From contig OZ287072.1 of assembly GCA_965645245.1 (NCBI GenBank), forward strand, positions 1,054,001 through 1,118,000: 64,000 bases of DNA. Reading direction: 5' to 3'. Under the pieces are notes generated by a model that was not told the origin of the DNA, searched no databases, and worked only from the letters and a program-made list of their open reading frames with translations. This document shows, in pieces, positions 37,262-49,844 of this stretch (its first letter is position 1; each line of letters opens with the position of its first letter). Source of the DNA: Massalongia carnosa. Taxonomy: Eukaryota. Position numbers and translations under genes: made by a program.

Positions 37262-39077
37262 CTACTTAAATTGATCCTCAGTGACGCCTTTCCCCATGGC
37301 AGACGTTGAACTAATTCCACCCGTAACCATTTTGAGCATGTTATCCACATAATTTGCCCCTGACCATTTCTGGTGCGTCACCACATCGATCTTGTTTTCC
37401 ATCTCTGGTTCTTGGATGAGCTCGCCATAAGCACGCATTCCCTGCCTGGCGAATGCCTTCGAGAATTGATCCGATATCAATGCTGTTGTATGGAGACCGG
37501 CCAATGTAATGAACTGCCAGCAATAACCAAGTCGTGCAAGACGACGAATGTATGTTTCTTGTTCATCTCGAGGCATGGCAGCCTTCCAGTTGAACGATGG
37601 TGATAGATTATATGCAAGCCTGTTGGTCGTTATTAGCGACTTAAAATCTGCTCAGAATTATATCGTACTTTTGCTTAGGCCAAGCAGCATGAACGCCTTT
37701 AGCAAATTCCTCAGCCTGCGTGAAGTCTGGAAGCTTGCTCTCCATCCATATCATGTCAGCATATGGGGCGTAAGCAACCGCTCGGTTAATGGCACAATTA
37801 CAGCCACCTTGATAGCGGTAGAAGCCTTCTCTAGTTCTTGGGGAATCCCAGTTCCAATAAACATCTACCCCAGTCAAGCCTCTAGCAATTGCTCTCGACT
37901 CGGAGTTGCTCTTCCCCTTGGCAGATGAAAGATAGTTACTGATGAGGCCTTCTTTGTTGACATGCACGCCTGTTCGAATCATATCAATGACAGCGTCGTT
38001 AAACAACTTAAGCCCTGCTTGTGCAAGCCATTGGTCCTCAATAGCTTGCAATTGATCACCGCTTTGACCGACTTGCTCTGCAGCTAACATGAGATCATTC
38101 AATGGTTGAAGCGTAGGATTAGTAACACCGAGAACGAAAGAATGATCTCTCAGATCAATGGTCGATGTTAGGAGAGTTGCAGCCTCAGAGTCAGTTCTGG
38201 CCACAGCTACAAGGTCCGAGCCTTAAAGTTTCAGCATACTCCAACTTACTTTACCATGTAATCTGGAACATACCCATAATATCGGCCTGTGCTCTGATGG
38301 CGACTAGGCGATTGATATGTTCGCTAATCGGTACAAGTACTTTGCCAGCCATATGACCGCATTTTTTGGTTCCTGGGGCTTGGTCCTCAACATGTATCCC
38401 AGCTGCTCCCTTTTCAACGAACAGCTTTGTCAGTTTCATTACGGCAGTAAGTCCACCATGGCCGGTATCGGCATCAGCAATGATAGGACGTAGGAAATCC
38501 GTATTTGCGATGCTGCCACGCTTTGCTTTGGGCGTTGTGATACGCTCCTCCCGCTGCTTACGGTCGTGAAAAAGCTGAGCCATGAACAGCTGTTGGACTT
38601 TATTTGGAACGGTATTCTGGACCACATTAACAAGGGAAGTACCATATGGTAGAAGGGTTCTTACCATTGGATAATCCGCAAGATCTGGTGAAGGTTCATC
38701 CGTTGAAGAAGCTGTGGAGGAGCATTGCCACCCCGAGACATAGACAGTATCCAAATATTTTGCCATTTGCGTAAGCATAGTTGGTTCCAAAACACCGTAA
38801 GTGTAACTAGCATCACCATTCTGTCCTCTAACATTAGCATACATCAGTTAGATAGGTGTTCGAGGCTCTATACATTAAATTTATCTTCAAGGATCTGCCA
38901 CAACTTTTTGCTTTGAACATTGCTTGGATAGTCGATTTTGAGATTCCCTCTTTTAGCAACTATCTGTTTGGCGGTGAATGGCCTCTTGGTGTATCTCCAA
39001 CGAGTACCAGACCACCACTGCTTGACGGCTTTAACATCCTCCTCAAAAATCTGGTCCTCAAGGTCGATTGAACCCAT
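37262..39077 (-). CDS. ICL1: Isocitrate lyase
   Basis: [27 protein letters not shown], catalytic [26 protein letters not shown]; several introns. Confidence 0.97.
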
Positions 39078-39858
39078 AATGCTCGAGTTCAGGAATATAT
39101 ATCTTTCCGTTCCACTTGCTTTCACAACCTCTCCTATAGTGAACGGACAATGGAGTCAATCCGTACTCCAATGAACTAGAATGCTTTGACTTCGACTTTA
39201 ACTTCAACTTCAATCCCCACTTAAAGTGTGCCAAGGATGACGAACCGACATAGTTGAACCCATAAGCCATTGAGCACATGTCAAGAATATTCCGCCGAAA
39301 GGCTGTACAGGTTCCGAGGTATTGGAATGATTGGGCGTCGCCTCGATAATAAAGAGCTTGGTCTGGTGACTGACTTTGTCAAAACTCTGACTTCTATAGA
39401 TTTGATTTGTGGGAAGCATAACAAGGATGTTGTGGATGCTTGAGAGTGCGGAATGCCTCTTGCTCCCTCTGCGCAAGATAAGGCGTCCCATGTCCTTAGC
39501 GGTAGTGCTGGACACAATCGACATCGATCGCTATCATCAACAGCATCTTTGCTCTGGTTTCAATTGCTCCATTGAACCTCGGCTGAATACATCTTAACCT
39601 ACAATATGATGGCTAACTACCTCGAGGCTGTAGGCTAATATTACGTAGAAGTTTGGGTCTACAAACGCCGTGCGCCCTAGTTCGCGTAGATAGCCAATAG
39701 TGACTCTTACTTTTCAACATTTGTCGATAAAGTAGGGCTAGCGAATTAGTGATACCAAAATCCCTGAGTGTTTCTATACTTTTCTGGAAGGCTTTTATAC
39801 GCACATCAACCTCCAAAGTGGTTGGCTCTAGGTGTTCCTCAGTACTACCTAGCTAAGA

Positions 39859-40767
39859 ATGGAGATTTTACAAAAGAAACATCGTCAGGAGCAGAAAGAC
39901 CTGCAGTCCAGAATAACGCAAAAGAAAAAGTCGGCAACAAAAAAGACGCGTAAGGGGATTCTTGATGAGTGTGACGCACTTGAGAGGGAACTCAAGGAAA
40001 AGCAAGCACTCGAGCTGCCCGAAATACACGTCGCTTGTGTTCCACCGTTGAAGGGCCTAAGCCCAATCATGTCTTCCGCCGAAGATATATCGGTGGAGCC
40101 ACTCAACGGAGTGGAAGATTCGATGAACTCCCTCGCGTTGTCGTCGATGGCAGTGCCGGAATCAACGAAGAAGCCAAATCGCCAAAAGGCAAGATTAGCA
40201 AGGCGAGCGGCTAAGCAAGAAGCGACTGCAGCGCAGGCATCTAAGGATGCTGCGAACCTTCCCAACCTCCGAGATCAAGAGCGTGGGGCTATGCTAGAAG
40301 AGTTTACTGTGCGAAATTTAAAGGAAAAAGATATTCGACCCGATGGTCACTGTTTGTACGCTGCAATTGCGGACCAGCTGGCTGATGCTAAGATAGATTG
40401 GGAGCCCAGAGAAGGTATTGACGGCAACAGCAAGGACATTCAACTCGCAAATCCCGGTTACAGAATCATTCGCCAAGTCACGGCATCTTATATCTCTCAC
40501 CATCCAGATGATTTTTTGCCCTTTATGGAACAACCGCTTCAACAGTATGTTCAAACTATCAGGGATACTGCCGAGTGGGGTGGCCATCTCGAATTAATGG
40601 CCCTAGCACAGGCCTATGGAGTGACTATAAATGTGCTTCAGGGTGATGGCAAGGTGGAGAAAATAGGATGCGGCGAGGACAGCTCTGACAAGCAACTATG
40701 GCTTGCTTACTATCGTCATTCATTTGGCTTAGGAGAGCACTACAACTCGTTGCGACGGGCCATTTGA
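39859..40767 (+). CDS. OTU2: OTU-domain deubiquitinase (Otu2/OTUD6B-like)
   Basis: Coiled N-terminus KHRQEQKDLQSRIT; PDGHCLY, EWGGHLE, YYRHSFGLGEHYNSL. Confidence 0.9.
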   Translation: MEILQKKHRQEQKDLQSRITQKKKSATKKTRKGILDECDALERELKEKQALELPEIHVACVPPLKGLSPIMSSAEDISVEPLNGVEDSMNSLALSSMAVPESTKKPNRQKARLARRAAKQEATAAQASKDAANLPNLRDQERGAMLEEFTVRNLKEKDIRPDGHCLYAAIADQLADAKIDWEPREGIDGNSKDIQLANPGYRIIRQVTASYISHHPDDFLPFMEQPLQQYVQTIRDTAEWGGHLELMALAQAYGVTINVLQGDGKVEKIGCGEDSSDKQLWLAYYRHSFGLGEHYNSLRRAI

Positions 40768-40846
40768 CCAGATCCATGGACATCTGGTCCACCAAATTCT
40801 CAAGTTCTAGTGGATGTGAGATGATGCAGACAAGTGCCAGCATGCA

Positions 40847-41762
40847 TTATTTGTGCCGCCAAATACTGCACCAGTCGGTTCCCTTGCCAATTTCATGCGT
40901 TCGAACAGGCTGCCAATGTGCAATTCTTTCTAGTCCTTCCTGACTTGGATTCCCTATGGTACCTTCTTTGACATGGCCTTTGTCATCATACGGAATCTCC
41001 TTTCCTGGATGGCTCAAATGCTCAACGTACACCTCAGGCCGTAAACCAAATGGAGGACCTTTAGTCAGTGGGTCCTTGTAGGTGGGAAATTCGATGCAGA
41101 GCAGGTATCCGGATGGCTCGTGGGCCAAGAGCTGGGATTGCCGTAACGCCCACAATGGGCGCAGCGACGGAGGAAGAGCGCACAGGAACTTGATGTTCAC
41201 AGTTTCGCAGTCAGCAAAAATACCCCAAATATCGATGAACAGTCTACGATCTTCGCTAATTAGATGCACGGTAGAAACATACTGTATAATCATAAGTTAT
41301 ATCAAACTTTGCACCTCCTTGGATCTTTGTAGTCCATTCATCGGCGAAGAAGTCACCTTTCACAAATGTTACACGGCCGGTACCGGTCGATATATCTTTG
41401 GGGGGGTACTTGTGTCCGTTCGTTTTCTGTTCTTGAATACATAACTCGACGGCCCTGTCACTAACTTCGAGGCCATATGCATCATATCCGAAGCTTGCTA
41501 ACAGCAAGACGTCGTATCCTCGTCCGCACCCAGGTACTAAAGCCTTCTTACGCTCCAATTCTCCACCCGGACCTTGCTTGAAACACGTGCCAATCAGATC
41601 CCCCCGATCAGTGAGGACGTCTAGAAGAGCAGGGTTTGGCAGGCCTCTATCCCATGGTAGAAAGTCGCCGTTGTCCCACAGGTTTGCCCAGCGATCTGGT
41701 TGATCCGATGTGTTATTGGCAAAATGCTGCAAAAGGCGGGCTCTGTCATCTAAGGAAGCCAT
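40847..41762 (-). CDS. SAM-dependent thiol/halide methyltransferase (TPMT family)
   Basis: LPWDRG, ALVPGCGRGYDV, GDFF, YDYT/FLCALPP across intron 41189-41282, GPPFG. Confidence 0.88.
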
Positions 41763-43468
41763 ACTTCGAGATTTTTCCTAGGAGCAATAAGAAAGGCAAT
41801 GCGGAGCTTAGAGGATTGCGATGTTTGTGAAGTTTGTGAGGTTTATGAAGTACGCTTAGCCTAACTCGATTTGCAACCGGGGAATAGTTATCAACTCCTA
41901 TTCGGGTATCACAAAGAATCTGTACAAAATGGAAGGGATGGGTGGTACTTATAGACCGTCCAACCGGTTGCGCACTCATGATTGCCAATCAACATGACAA
42001 ACCAGGCTCGTCTAATAAGAACCTGGCCCGTGCAACGTCCCAGATCACCTTTAAGCAACGTAAGGATATCAATTTGCCCTTGTGCAGGAAAAATGACACA
42101 TAATGAAATTTATCGAAGTTATTTTTCTCATTAAAGTGGCATGCATTCATTTAACCCAATCAAGGGAAGAGCATTTATCTTCGGCATTCTGGGCTCCACG
42201 CTTTTCTAACTGAACTTGCTAGGAAGAAACGACGCTCCTGATGTATTTAGCGAACGCACTACTCAATACGTTCCATTGATTCGTCGCGCTTGTGAAGATG
42301 GCCTGTTGAAAGATGCCAGAGTGGGCTTGGAAGAATAAACGTCCTTCATTATTTGAAAGCGTCAAGGCTGCAGAGGATGGTACGATTCAGAGACGGGAGA
42401 GCCGACGGGGAAGCACATGGGTGAGGTAAAACCTTGACAGCATCTTTTCGAGTACGCTTTCTATCACTTTTGTGATAAAATAAGATTTAAATAACTCACT
42501 CTAAGATCGTTGTCAAGCGAAGTCTAAGAAGGCCTTCCGGAAAATGAGGAATTTACCCTATGAAAACTTATTCTCGTCTAAACCACAATTACAATGAAAA
42601 TAACAACCGCTCCAAGACAGAGAATCTAGGTGAGGATAGCCGATCTTCCTGTTGGCCAGCAATTCGTAACCAAATTCCAAGAAGGGACTCAATGACAATT
42701 TCTTTGGCAAAGTTAGTGACCCCATTAGTGGTGACCCCAAGCGGAGTATCGTCATAACGTACTTCATGTTCTCTATCAACTACTGCCTAAGGTTCATTTT
42801 AACTAGGTATCTCAGTGCTGTACTGATGAAGTGCTTACTTTGAAGAAGCGCCGTCTGATTCAGGGGCTACAACAGTGTCTCCATGTTCAGAAGCCTTGCC
42901 AGCCTTGTCGTTTTGCAACATTTCTAGTGCTGAAAAGTGGTAGGCAGACACTAGTATTGTACTTGTGTTGTTTTCTTGGGCTTTGTGGCTTGCTGAGAGC
43001 CGACAGACTCAAGAAAACGAAGTAAGACTCCTCTCGAAAGATATACTCCACGTCAGTCTTCGAAACCCCAAACTGCTTCCCAGGCAACGCAGTTCATGTC
43101 ACAAATAGTCATCAATTATGCACGGTGGAGAGCACCGGAGCAGAGACCAGCCGCTCGTTTTTTCGACTAAATGCAGGACTCGGCCTTTAAAAAAGTTGGA
43201 GATGAGCATGGTTTTTGCACAGAAGCAGTTCGGATTTTCCTGGAGGGGATTACATGAATTTAGTTTGCCTCTACCTGGCCCTAGCTTAGGCATAAAGAAA
43301 TTAAATCCTTCATCGTAGATCTCTCTCCAAAATGGAATGCCTTAATTTACCCATTACACCTTCCCGGGCTCTCATAAGGGCTCGCGGCCGGTGAAGATAC
43401 ATTATGAGTATCTACGTGCGGGGTGTTGCTTTGAAATACAAAAACTGAGCCATTCATCATTCTTAGTT

Positions 43469-45422
43469 TCATTTGGTGTACATATCTCTACGCCACTGAT
43501 TTTCCTGCCGAAATTCTTCATTAACTGAACCACAGCTCAGCAACTCCAGATCTAGATCTACATCCATCGGAGAACCAGACCGACCGTTTAAGTAATTGCT
43601 GTTCATGCATTTATCCGGCGATGAAGGTAACTTTGTGACTTTTTGGTGGTTAGGTAAACGCTCCTGAACTTGGATTCGTCCTGCTTCGTAGAGGCTGACA
43701 GGTGAATTTGAGGGCTGAATTCCTCCGATTTCTTCATGAAGCGGAGCTGCCATAGGGGAGAGTGGAAATTCAGTATCGATAAGCCCGTAACAAGACGCAT
43801 AATCCACTTCAAACAGCAAGGGATTTGACCGAGTCAACGGCTCCTGCTGTAAAATCGACTGGGTCTGATATAAGGGATTATCGAGCCTTTCGGATTTCGG
43901 TGACCAAGTGCAAGGAATAAATCGGCTTGGATTGAGCGAAGGCAGTTCCACTGAAGGTTCAGCAGGCTGTGGAGGGTGAACGCTAGCTGCCTGGGGTACT
44001 TCATGTCCCGGAGGTTGTGGCCCGATTAACCGGTGAGGCTTGACCGTCGACGGACTCAATGATATCAAGGACAATCGCTGATGCTGATCGATCTCGTGCT
44101 GGCCGTAACGTCGTGATAAGTCTTGCATCATCCCTCCCTTCGTCTCGGTTTCTCGGTGTACGCCTTCGATGACGGTGGTAGATCGGCTCTCCGAGCGACC
44201 TTGATAATAATCGGATTGAATGAAAGCTGCCATTGCTAGAGCTTCCCCATCTTCGGTACCACGTAGTCCTAGCTCCAACATGGTGATCAGGCTCCTACTG
44301 GGGGTTGTATCCCATCGTAGCTCTACTTTACCCTTAGGAAACTGTAATGCTAGGCGCTCAGTCCACGGCTTACGGACTCTTGGCTGTTGGAGTAAGCCAA
44401 GAATCACCTTTGACGGATCCCATGTGCTGATGTCTTCTCCACGTTCGTAGTGCATTGAAGCTATGTGTTGAAAACGCTTCGTTGCTTTGGAGAAATGTGC
44501 GACACAAAAGCCACAAGCCCACGCCTGCTTGTTGCAACCTCGTCGCCATTGGCTAGCCATAGTAGAGCCCTTAGGTACTTGATGCATCTCAAGATGCTTT
44601 TCGAGTTGATACTTCCGTGTATAAGTTCGCGCAGTCAGCGCTTTTTGGAGGCATGGCACAGTATTATGCGCCTCCAGATGTCTGGCGTCTGGATTTGTAG
44701 ACCCACATAACACACATACCAACCCATTCTCTGTAAGCAAAGTAGGACCATCTGGCATGCACACATAAACGTTTTCTTCATGGGCCTCTTTCTCATGTTT
44801 TATCCAGCCACCAGAAGTCTGGAAACGTCGCTTAGGTTCACAAACCGTGCACCAATAGCTACATTGGGGCGTAGGATTCAGGTGAATGCTGCAACCTCCA
44901 GAGGTAAAGTCAGGGAACAAAGGTTGCTGGCCCAGCGAACCCCTCGGAGCGGTATCATGGATACGTTGGCGAGTGCTGGGAAGTGATTCAGCAGATGTGA
45001 CGGAGTATCTAGGGTCAGATCTCGACGACGTGAGGCTAGCGCAGTAAATGGATGATGCAGAGATGTTCGAGGATCTAGCAGATGACTGAGGACTCGCACC
45101 GGACGGATGAGGGTCGCGATGGCCTATTATCATCGTTAGCCTGGGTATCGATACTTGCGCCAAGCCATTGATTACCAGCAGAGCGAAGAAACAACCTCAA
45201 GGCAATTATGGCATTAAGTTCCTCATCCGAGAGATCGAGATACGTCCTAATCTCTTGATCTGTACGCGCTTTCAGGATCTCAAAGGCCGTATGTTGCTTT
45301 ATAATACTAGAGTACTGGGTGTTTGAAGTGGGTTTCCTGTCAGCGGCTGAGAAAGGACTCCCTAGGGCCAAGGGCCGGGTTCTTCCGTGCCGACCAGCCG
45401 ATGGAACCCAGGATTCAGACAT
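43469..45422 (-). CDS. Multi-C2H2-like zinc-finger protein, putative transcription factor
   Basis: Exons 45422-45176 and 45123-43469 (52-nt intron). YWCTVC..F....W.KHEKEAH, CVLCG..HL..H, YTRK..L..HL..H, WACGFC..F....RF.HI..H. Confidence 0.75.
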
Positions 45423-46401
45423 TTTGTTCCAAATGAGAGAGAAAATGGAACAGAAGAGAACGTAATTCGTATAGTATGGCCCTCATCATCCAACATAACT
45501 CGATCGGCTCAGCATGCTGGAGCTGAAGCTACCTAGTTATATGTTAAAAGCTGAGACTCTTAAGAGATGGCCGTGGCCAGCCCAGGGGCAAAGTTTCAAC
45601 TTCAGGTCCCGTGTACTTCGTACATATTGTGATCCGCTAAATAGAATGCGAAACACCAAACATCTCCTCTTCAGGTCGGCTAGTCCCTTTGTATGTTAAG
45701 TCCAATTGAGTTACCCTTTATGTCTGAAAGGCTTGTGCTTTGCTCTGTATATATTTACAGTATATTTTCTTTAACTTCCTTGCCCAGAACAGCCAAATTT
45801 TACGCCACTCTTGTGATGTCCGCCGATCAGGCCTTCCTCGTCGTCCTGCTCTTGCTGTCTCTGCTTATATTTTTCATATTGTTGTCTTCATCGCTTGATT
45901 TCATATGTCCGTGTTACAATGCATCACGTCGAAAACAAGCGTCCTGATGATTGTGAGAAAAAGTTTAGTAAAACAATAGTTGACCCGAAGATCGATGAAA
46001 TCAGAATGAGGATCTAAAGCCCTGATATGGAGCGTCTGGCTAGTGGACGTTAAACGTGTGGCATTACAGTCTACTCTGTCTGGACTTACCAATCATTTGT
46101 GCGTTCTTGGCTTAACGTCGTTTTACATGTATGCAGGCTTCATGTTGGAACTCTTGTCGCCCTATAATGTTTGTTTGCAGCCTTGTATAGCTTATGCCAC
46201 AGCCAAAATACTGTGATTCTTTGGCCGTTCCGCGGAACCGCACTCGTCACATACGAGCGTCATCATCAACTAAGAGTTAGCTGAAACGAGATCTAGAATT
46301 GCGCTGACTCAACCTTCTGGCTTTTCCTGGCTGTCTAATGACCTTATGAAAAAGAGGATAAAATTAGCCACCCGAGCAAAGCCCGTGCGCACTTAGCCAT
46401 G

Positions 46402-46431
46402 TCAGCCTCAGCCTCAGCCTCAGCCTCAGCC
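46402..46431. repeat. (TCAGCC)5 microsatellite
   Basis: Read directly upstream of the 46672 gene. Confidence 0.85.
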
Positions 46432-46671
46432 CTGTTTCCCGCTAGCACTCCGTCCGAGTACCCTATTGTACAGAGAACTTCTTCACCAATGGACACCTAT
46501 CCCTTCTAGTGAGCCTTTCAAGCCAGCTCTCGCAAACCGATCCATAACATCATTTTACCGGCGCAAACTCCAAAATAAAAACAAAAAAACCCCCCACAAA
46601 TCCCATCGTCTCAGACCCTCCAACCTTGGCCCAGTAAACGCTTCCTGCTTAACCTGTAGACAAACAAGATC

Positions 46672-47382
46672 ATGTCCGCCCTCTCCAAGCTGCTCCCCCT
46701 TGTTATCCTCGTCATGCTCCTCGGTTTCTTCGCCTTCGTCGGCTACGCCATCTATAGTGTTGCCAATGACGTGGCCGACAAGACCGCCAAGAAGATGGAG
46801 CAGCGGCATTTGAGCATTTCCAAGGATGGGATGGTGGTGGGTATCAAGGAGAAGAAGACCGAGCGTTATGTTTACCAGACGCAGAGGTAAGTTTCAATCG
46901 TATTTTCCCTCCGTCAATGCTTGCGCGCGGAGTTCTGTGGGCTGGAAATTCTGAATTTGAGGCTTTCCAGGGCGAATAAGGCGTCTATGTGTAGTGATCG
47001 GGATGGAACGAACATCCTTAAATATTTTCCTTTCTTTTTTTGCCCCATTCTCCTCCCTACCGCAAAATGAGCTAACTTATTCTTACTCTTTCCCCTCTAG
47101 CTTCCTCGTCAAAGCCTGGAACTTCAGCACCTGGCCCGCCTACAAGTCCCGACTATGGAACAAAGAACAAGAACAACATACGCCGCAAGCTCGAGTGCCG
47201 TATGTTACCAACCTCCCTCCCCCTCGAATCTTCAAAGGCGCCTTTCGTCCCCATCGGAGTGCCCATCGTCCTGTTATCTTTCGTTTATGCATTCTCCGGT
47301 GGTGAAGGAAGACAAACTTTAACTGACGCTGCGGGTTAGATATTCGAGATCCAGCTCTGTGGCTGGGAAAGCCAAAGCATGA
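46672..47382 (+). CDS. Small fungal single-pass membrane protein, function unknown
   Basis: Exons ~46672-46886, 47101-47199 and 47340-47382; hydrophobic N-terminus, then ISKDGMVVGIK...QTQ/SFLVKAWNFSTWPAYKSRLW. Confidence 0.7.
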
Positions 47383-49844
47383 GTATGCCTTATCTTCTCG
47401 AATTTACGAATGATACCTATAACGGAATTCCCTACGGCTATCTACGACACACATTTCAGGCGCAAAGGAAGTGCCCACTACCTCCCAACCCCCCCTCTGG
47501 AACATCTTGCAGAGACATACTTTACCGCCTCTTCTCGTAATAAGATCAAATTAAACCAAACGGCTCTTACAATCATCCCATACCCCCGAATTTCTAAAGG
47601 CGTCGGTTCTGCTATTTTTCGGGCTTATGGAATATGTTAGCAGGATACCCCCTCGGTGTTTGAAGCTTGTCTGTTTTCTGCTTTGCGTGATTCTTCACAA
47701 GTCAAAAATATAAAAAATCAATCGACTCAACTAAGCTTTTCCTTTAGTCGTGGGACCTCTTTCCCCAGGCTTCCTTTCCAATAAGAGATACCGGTACCTC
47801 CTTCAGCGTGCCCTCGTTTCCCTTCCATCTGTCATACATAGTTATTCCTTATTTGTTGTTGTCCAACTAAGCCCGTTTCTTCCCTCCTTCCCCCGGTCCC
47901 ACCACCCACACCGCTTGAATTCACCAATCGCTTATTCGCCCCCCCCCCCCCCAAAATCCAACCAGCAACTTGATAAATAGAACTCCTCAAATCTGTCCAT
48001 GAACACGAGCGGGACCTCTCTGATTGAACCCCTATCCGGTTATCCAAACGTTTCATAGATCACCATCCATTTCTCTGCCTTTTTTTTCTCAAAAACAAAC
48101 AAACAAAAAAACCGAAACCTCCCCTTCTACCTTCCTTCTCCTCTTTCATTCTTGACCAACTCATCACGATCCTCTCCTTCCCAATCCTATACAACCATCT
48201 TCTTCGTCCTCCTCCGCCTCTTTCCACTCCCCCCGTCTCCTTTTCCCTCCTCCCCACATTGGTTTCCTCAAATCTTCCCAATCCCAGGCCCTCCTACAGC
48301 CCTCCTAAACACGAGAAAAAGCCTCCCCCCCCCCCCCCCCCCCAATCAACCCGACCAGAGAGAAATTACCACCACCTCAAACCAACAAAAACATGCTTCA
48401 CCAGCTACACACTATGCCACAAAGCGCGCTTTGCATTCCTCCTTACTTTATTCTGTACGGGTTTGGGCCATTTGCGCGTTTAGAGGGGTTTTTTAAAACG
48501 GGTACATATGTACATACATATACATAGAGATAGACTCCTAGCTCCTAGCTGCTGGAAAACAAACCACAAAAGTACGGTTCCTGGATTTGGGGGCATCTAT
48601 CTCGTCGACGTTCCAGAGGCCAAAGCGCGTCATAGTAATAACAAACAATATACAACATAACAACAGGATCCCCTTTTGGATGAAGTACTGGCCGTGAGCC
48701 CCTCGGCTCAGCGATACCCTCTTTTATCCCGCCACTGACCATCACCATCACCATCATTACCAACCGCTGCAGACACCTTTGCCCTACCGCAGCTTGCCAT
48801 CACCACCACCACCACCACCACTGTCATTATCATCATCGGTGTCGTCCTCCGTTCGTTCGTGTGCGCGCGTGCGTGACTCACTAAAGTTCCGCGCGTGTGT
48901 GGCGGGTACTCGGGTCTAGAGGCCCTTACCGCTTACAAGTAAAGGGATAGAGAGGCATAGGCAACAGCAGAGGCGGAGAGGGGCACGGCGCATTCGGTCG
49001 CTCATTCACGCGGCTGTACTCTGGACGGGGGCACCTACCCTGCTTTAATTCGGCGATATGGGCCTCCTAACGAGCGTTTTTCCCGAACACAGGTGGTTGG
49101 TTAGGTGGTCGGTTAGTTATGCCGAAGGTTTGGTAAGAGGGGAATCAGGGACGAGATGAGAATGGCTGGGAGGAGCTTTTTCGGGGGTTCGGGATGCTGG
49201 TTGTGTGGGTTTTCCATGGGTGGATGGATGGTTCATTCAGACACAGGATAGATAGGTAGCGCGAGAATCTAGAGTGTTGGTAGAGCGATCTGACAATGAC
49301 AAGCTAATGCTAATTTGGGATTGCTTCCTTCTCCATCATACAACTCCTCCCATCCCTGGCTCCCAAACGTCCTCGAATATCGCCCGAATCTCCAAAAAGA
49401 CTAAATCCCAATTGCTGTTGAGAAAACAGTCCCAAAGTGCTCCACCATGCAATAAAACTCTCGCGGGGTATTTGAAAACGCTACAAGACTTATAATAATG
49501 CTAATGCCAATAATGCAAAACGGTCATTGAGAATCGTTGGGAGAAAAGGGCAAATCTAGTAATACATCCCGACCATCCAAAGGTGCAGGGAGAACGATAT
49601 AAGTTGTTTGAATGAAAGGATGGTTAGTTGTTGTATTGAGGTCCCGCCGTTAGATGATGGTGCTCGTGGTACGCTCGAGGTAAGAAGTTATTCCAACGCG
49701 ATAGTATCGGAAGTAACTTATCGAGGAGACTTATGAATTCTGGCGGAAACTTTGGGTGCCTGGCTAGACCAAATGAATTCATCATGCTCAAGGGAGATTC
49801 TTCGGCAAAAGGACATCCTGTCTGAATGAAGACCGGCTGACAGC

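Noticed and set aside
42000..43400. Short ORFs that may be a gene remnant
   Set aside because: Could not assign any family; evidence too thin.
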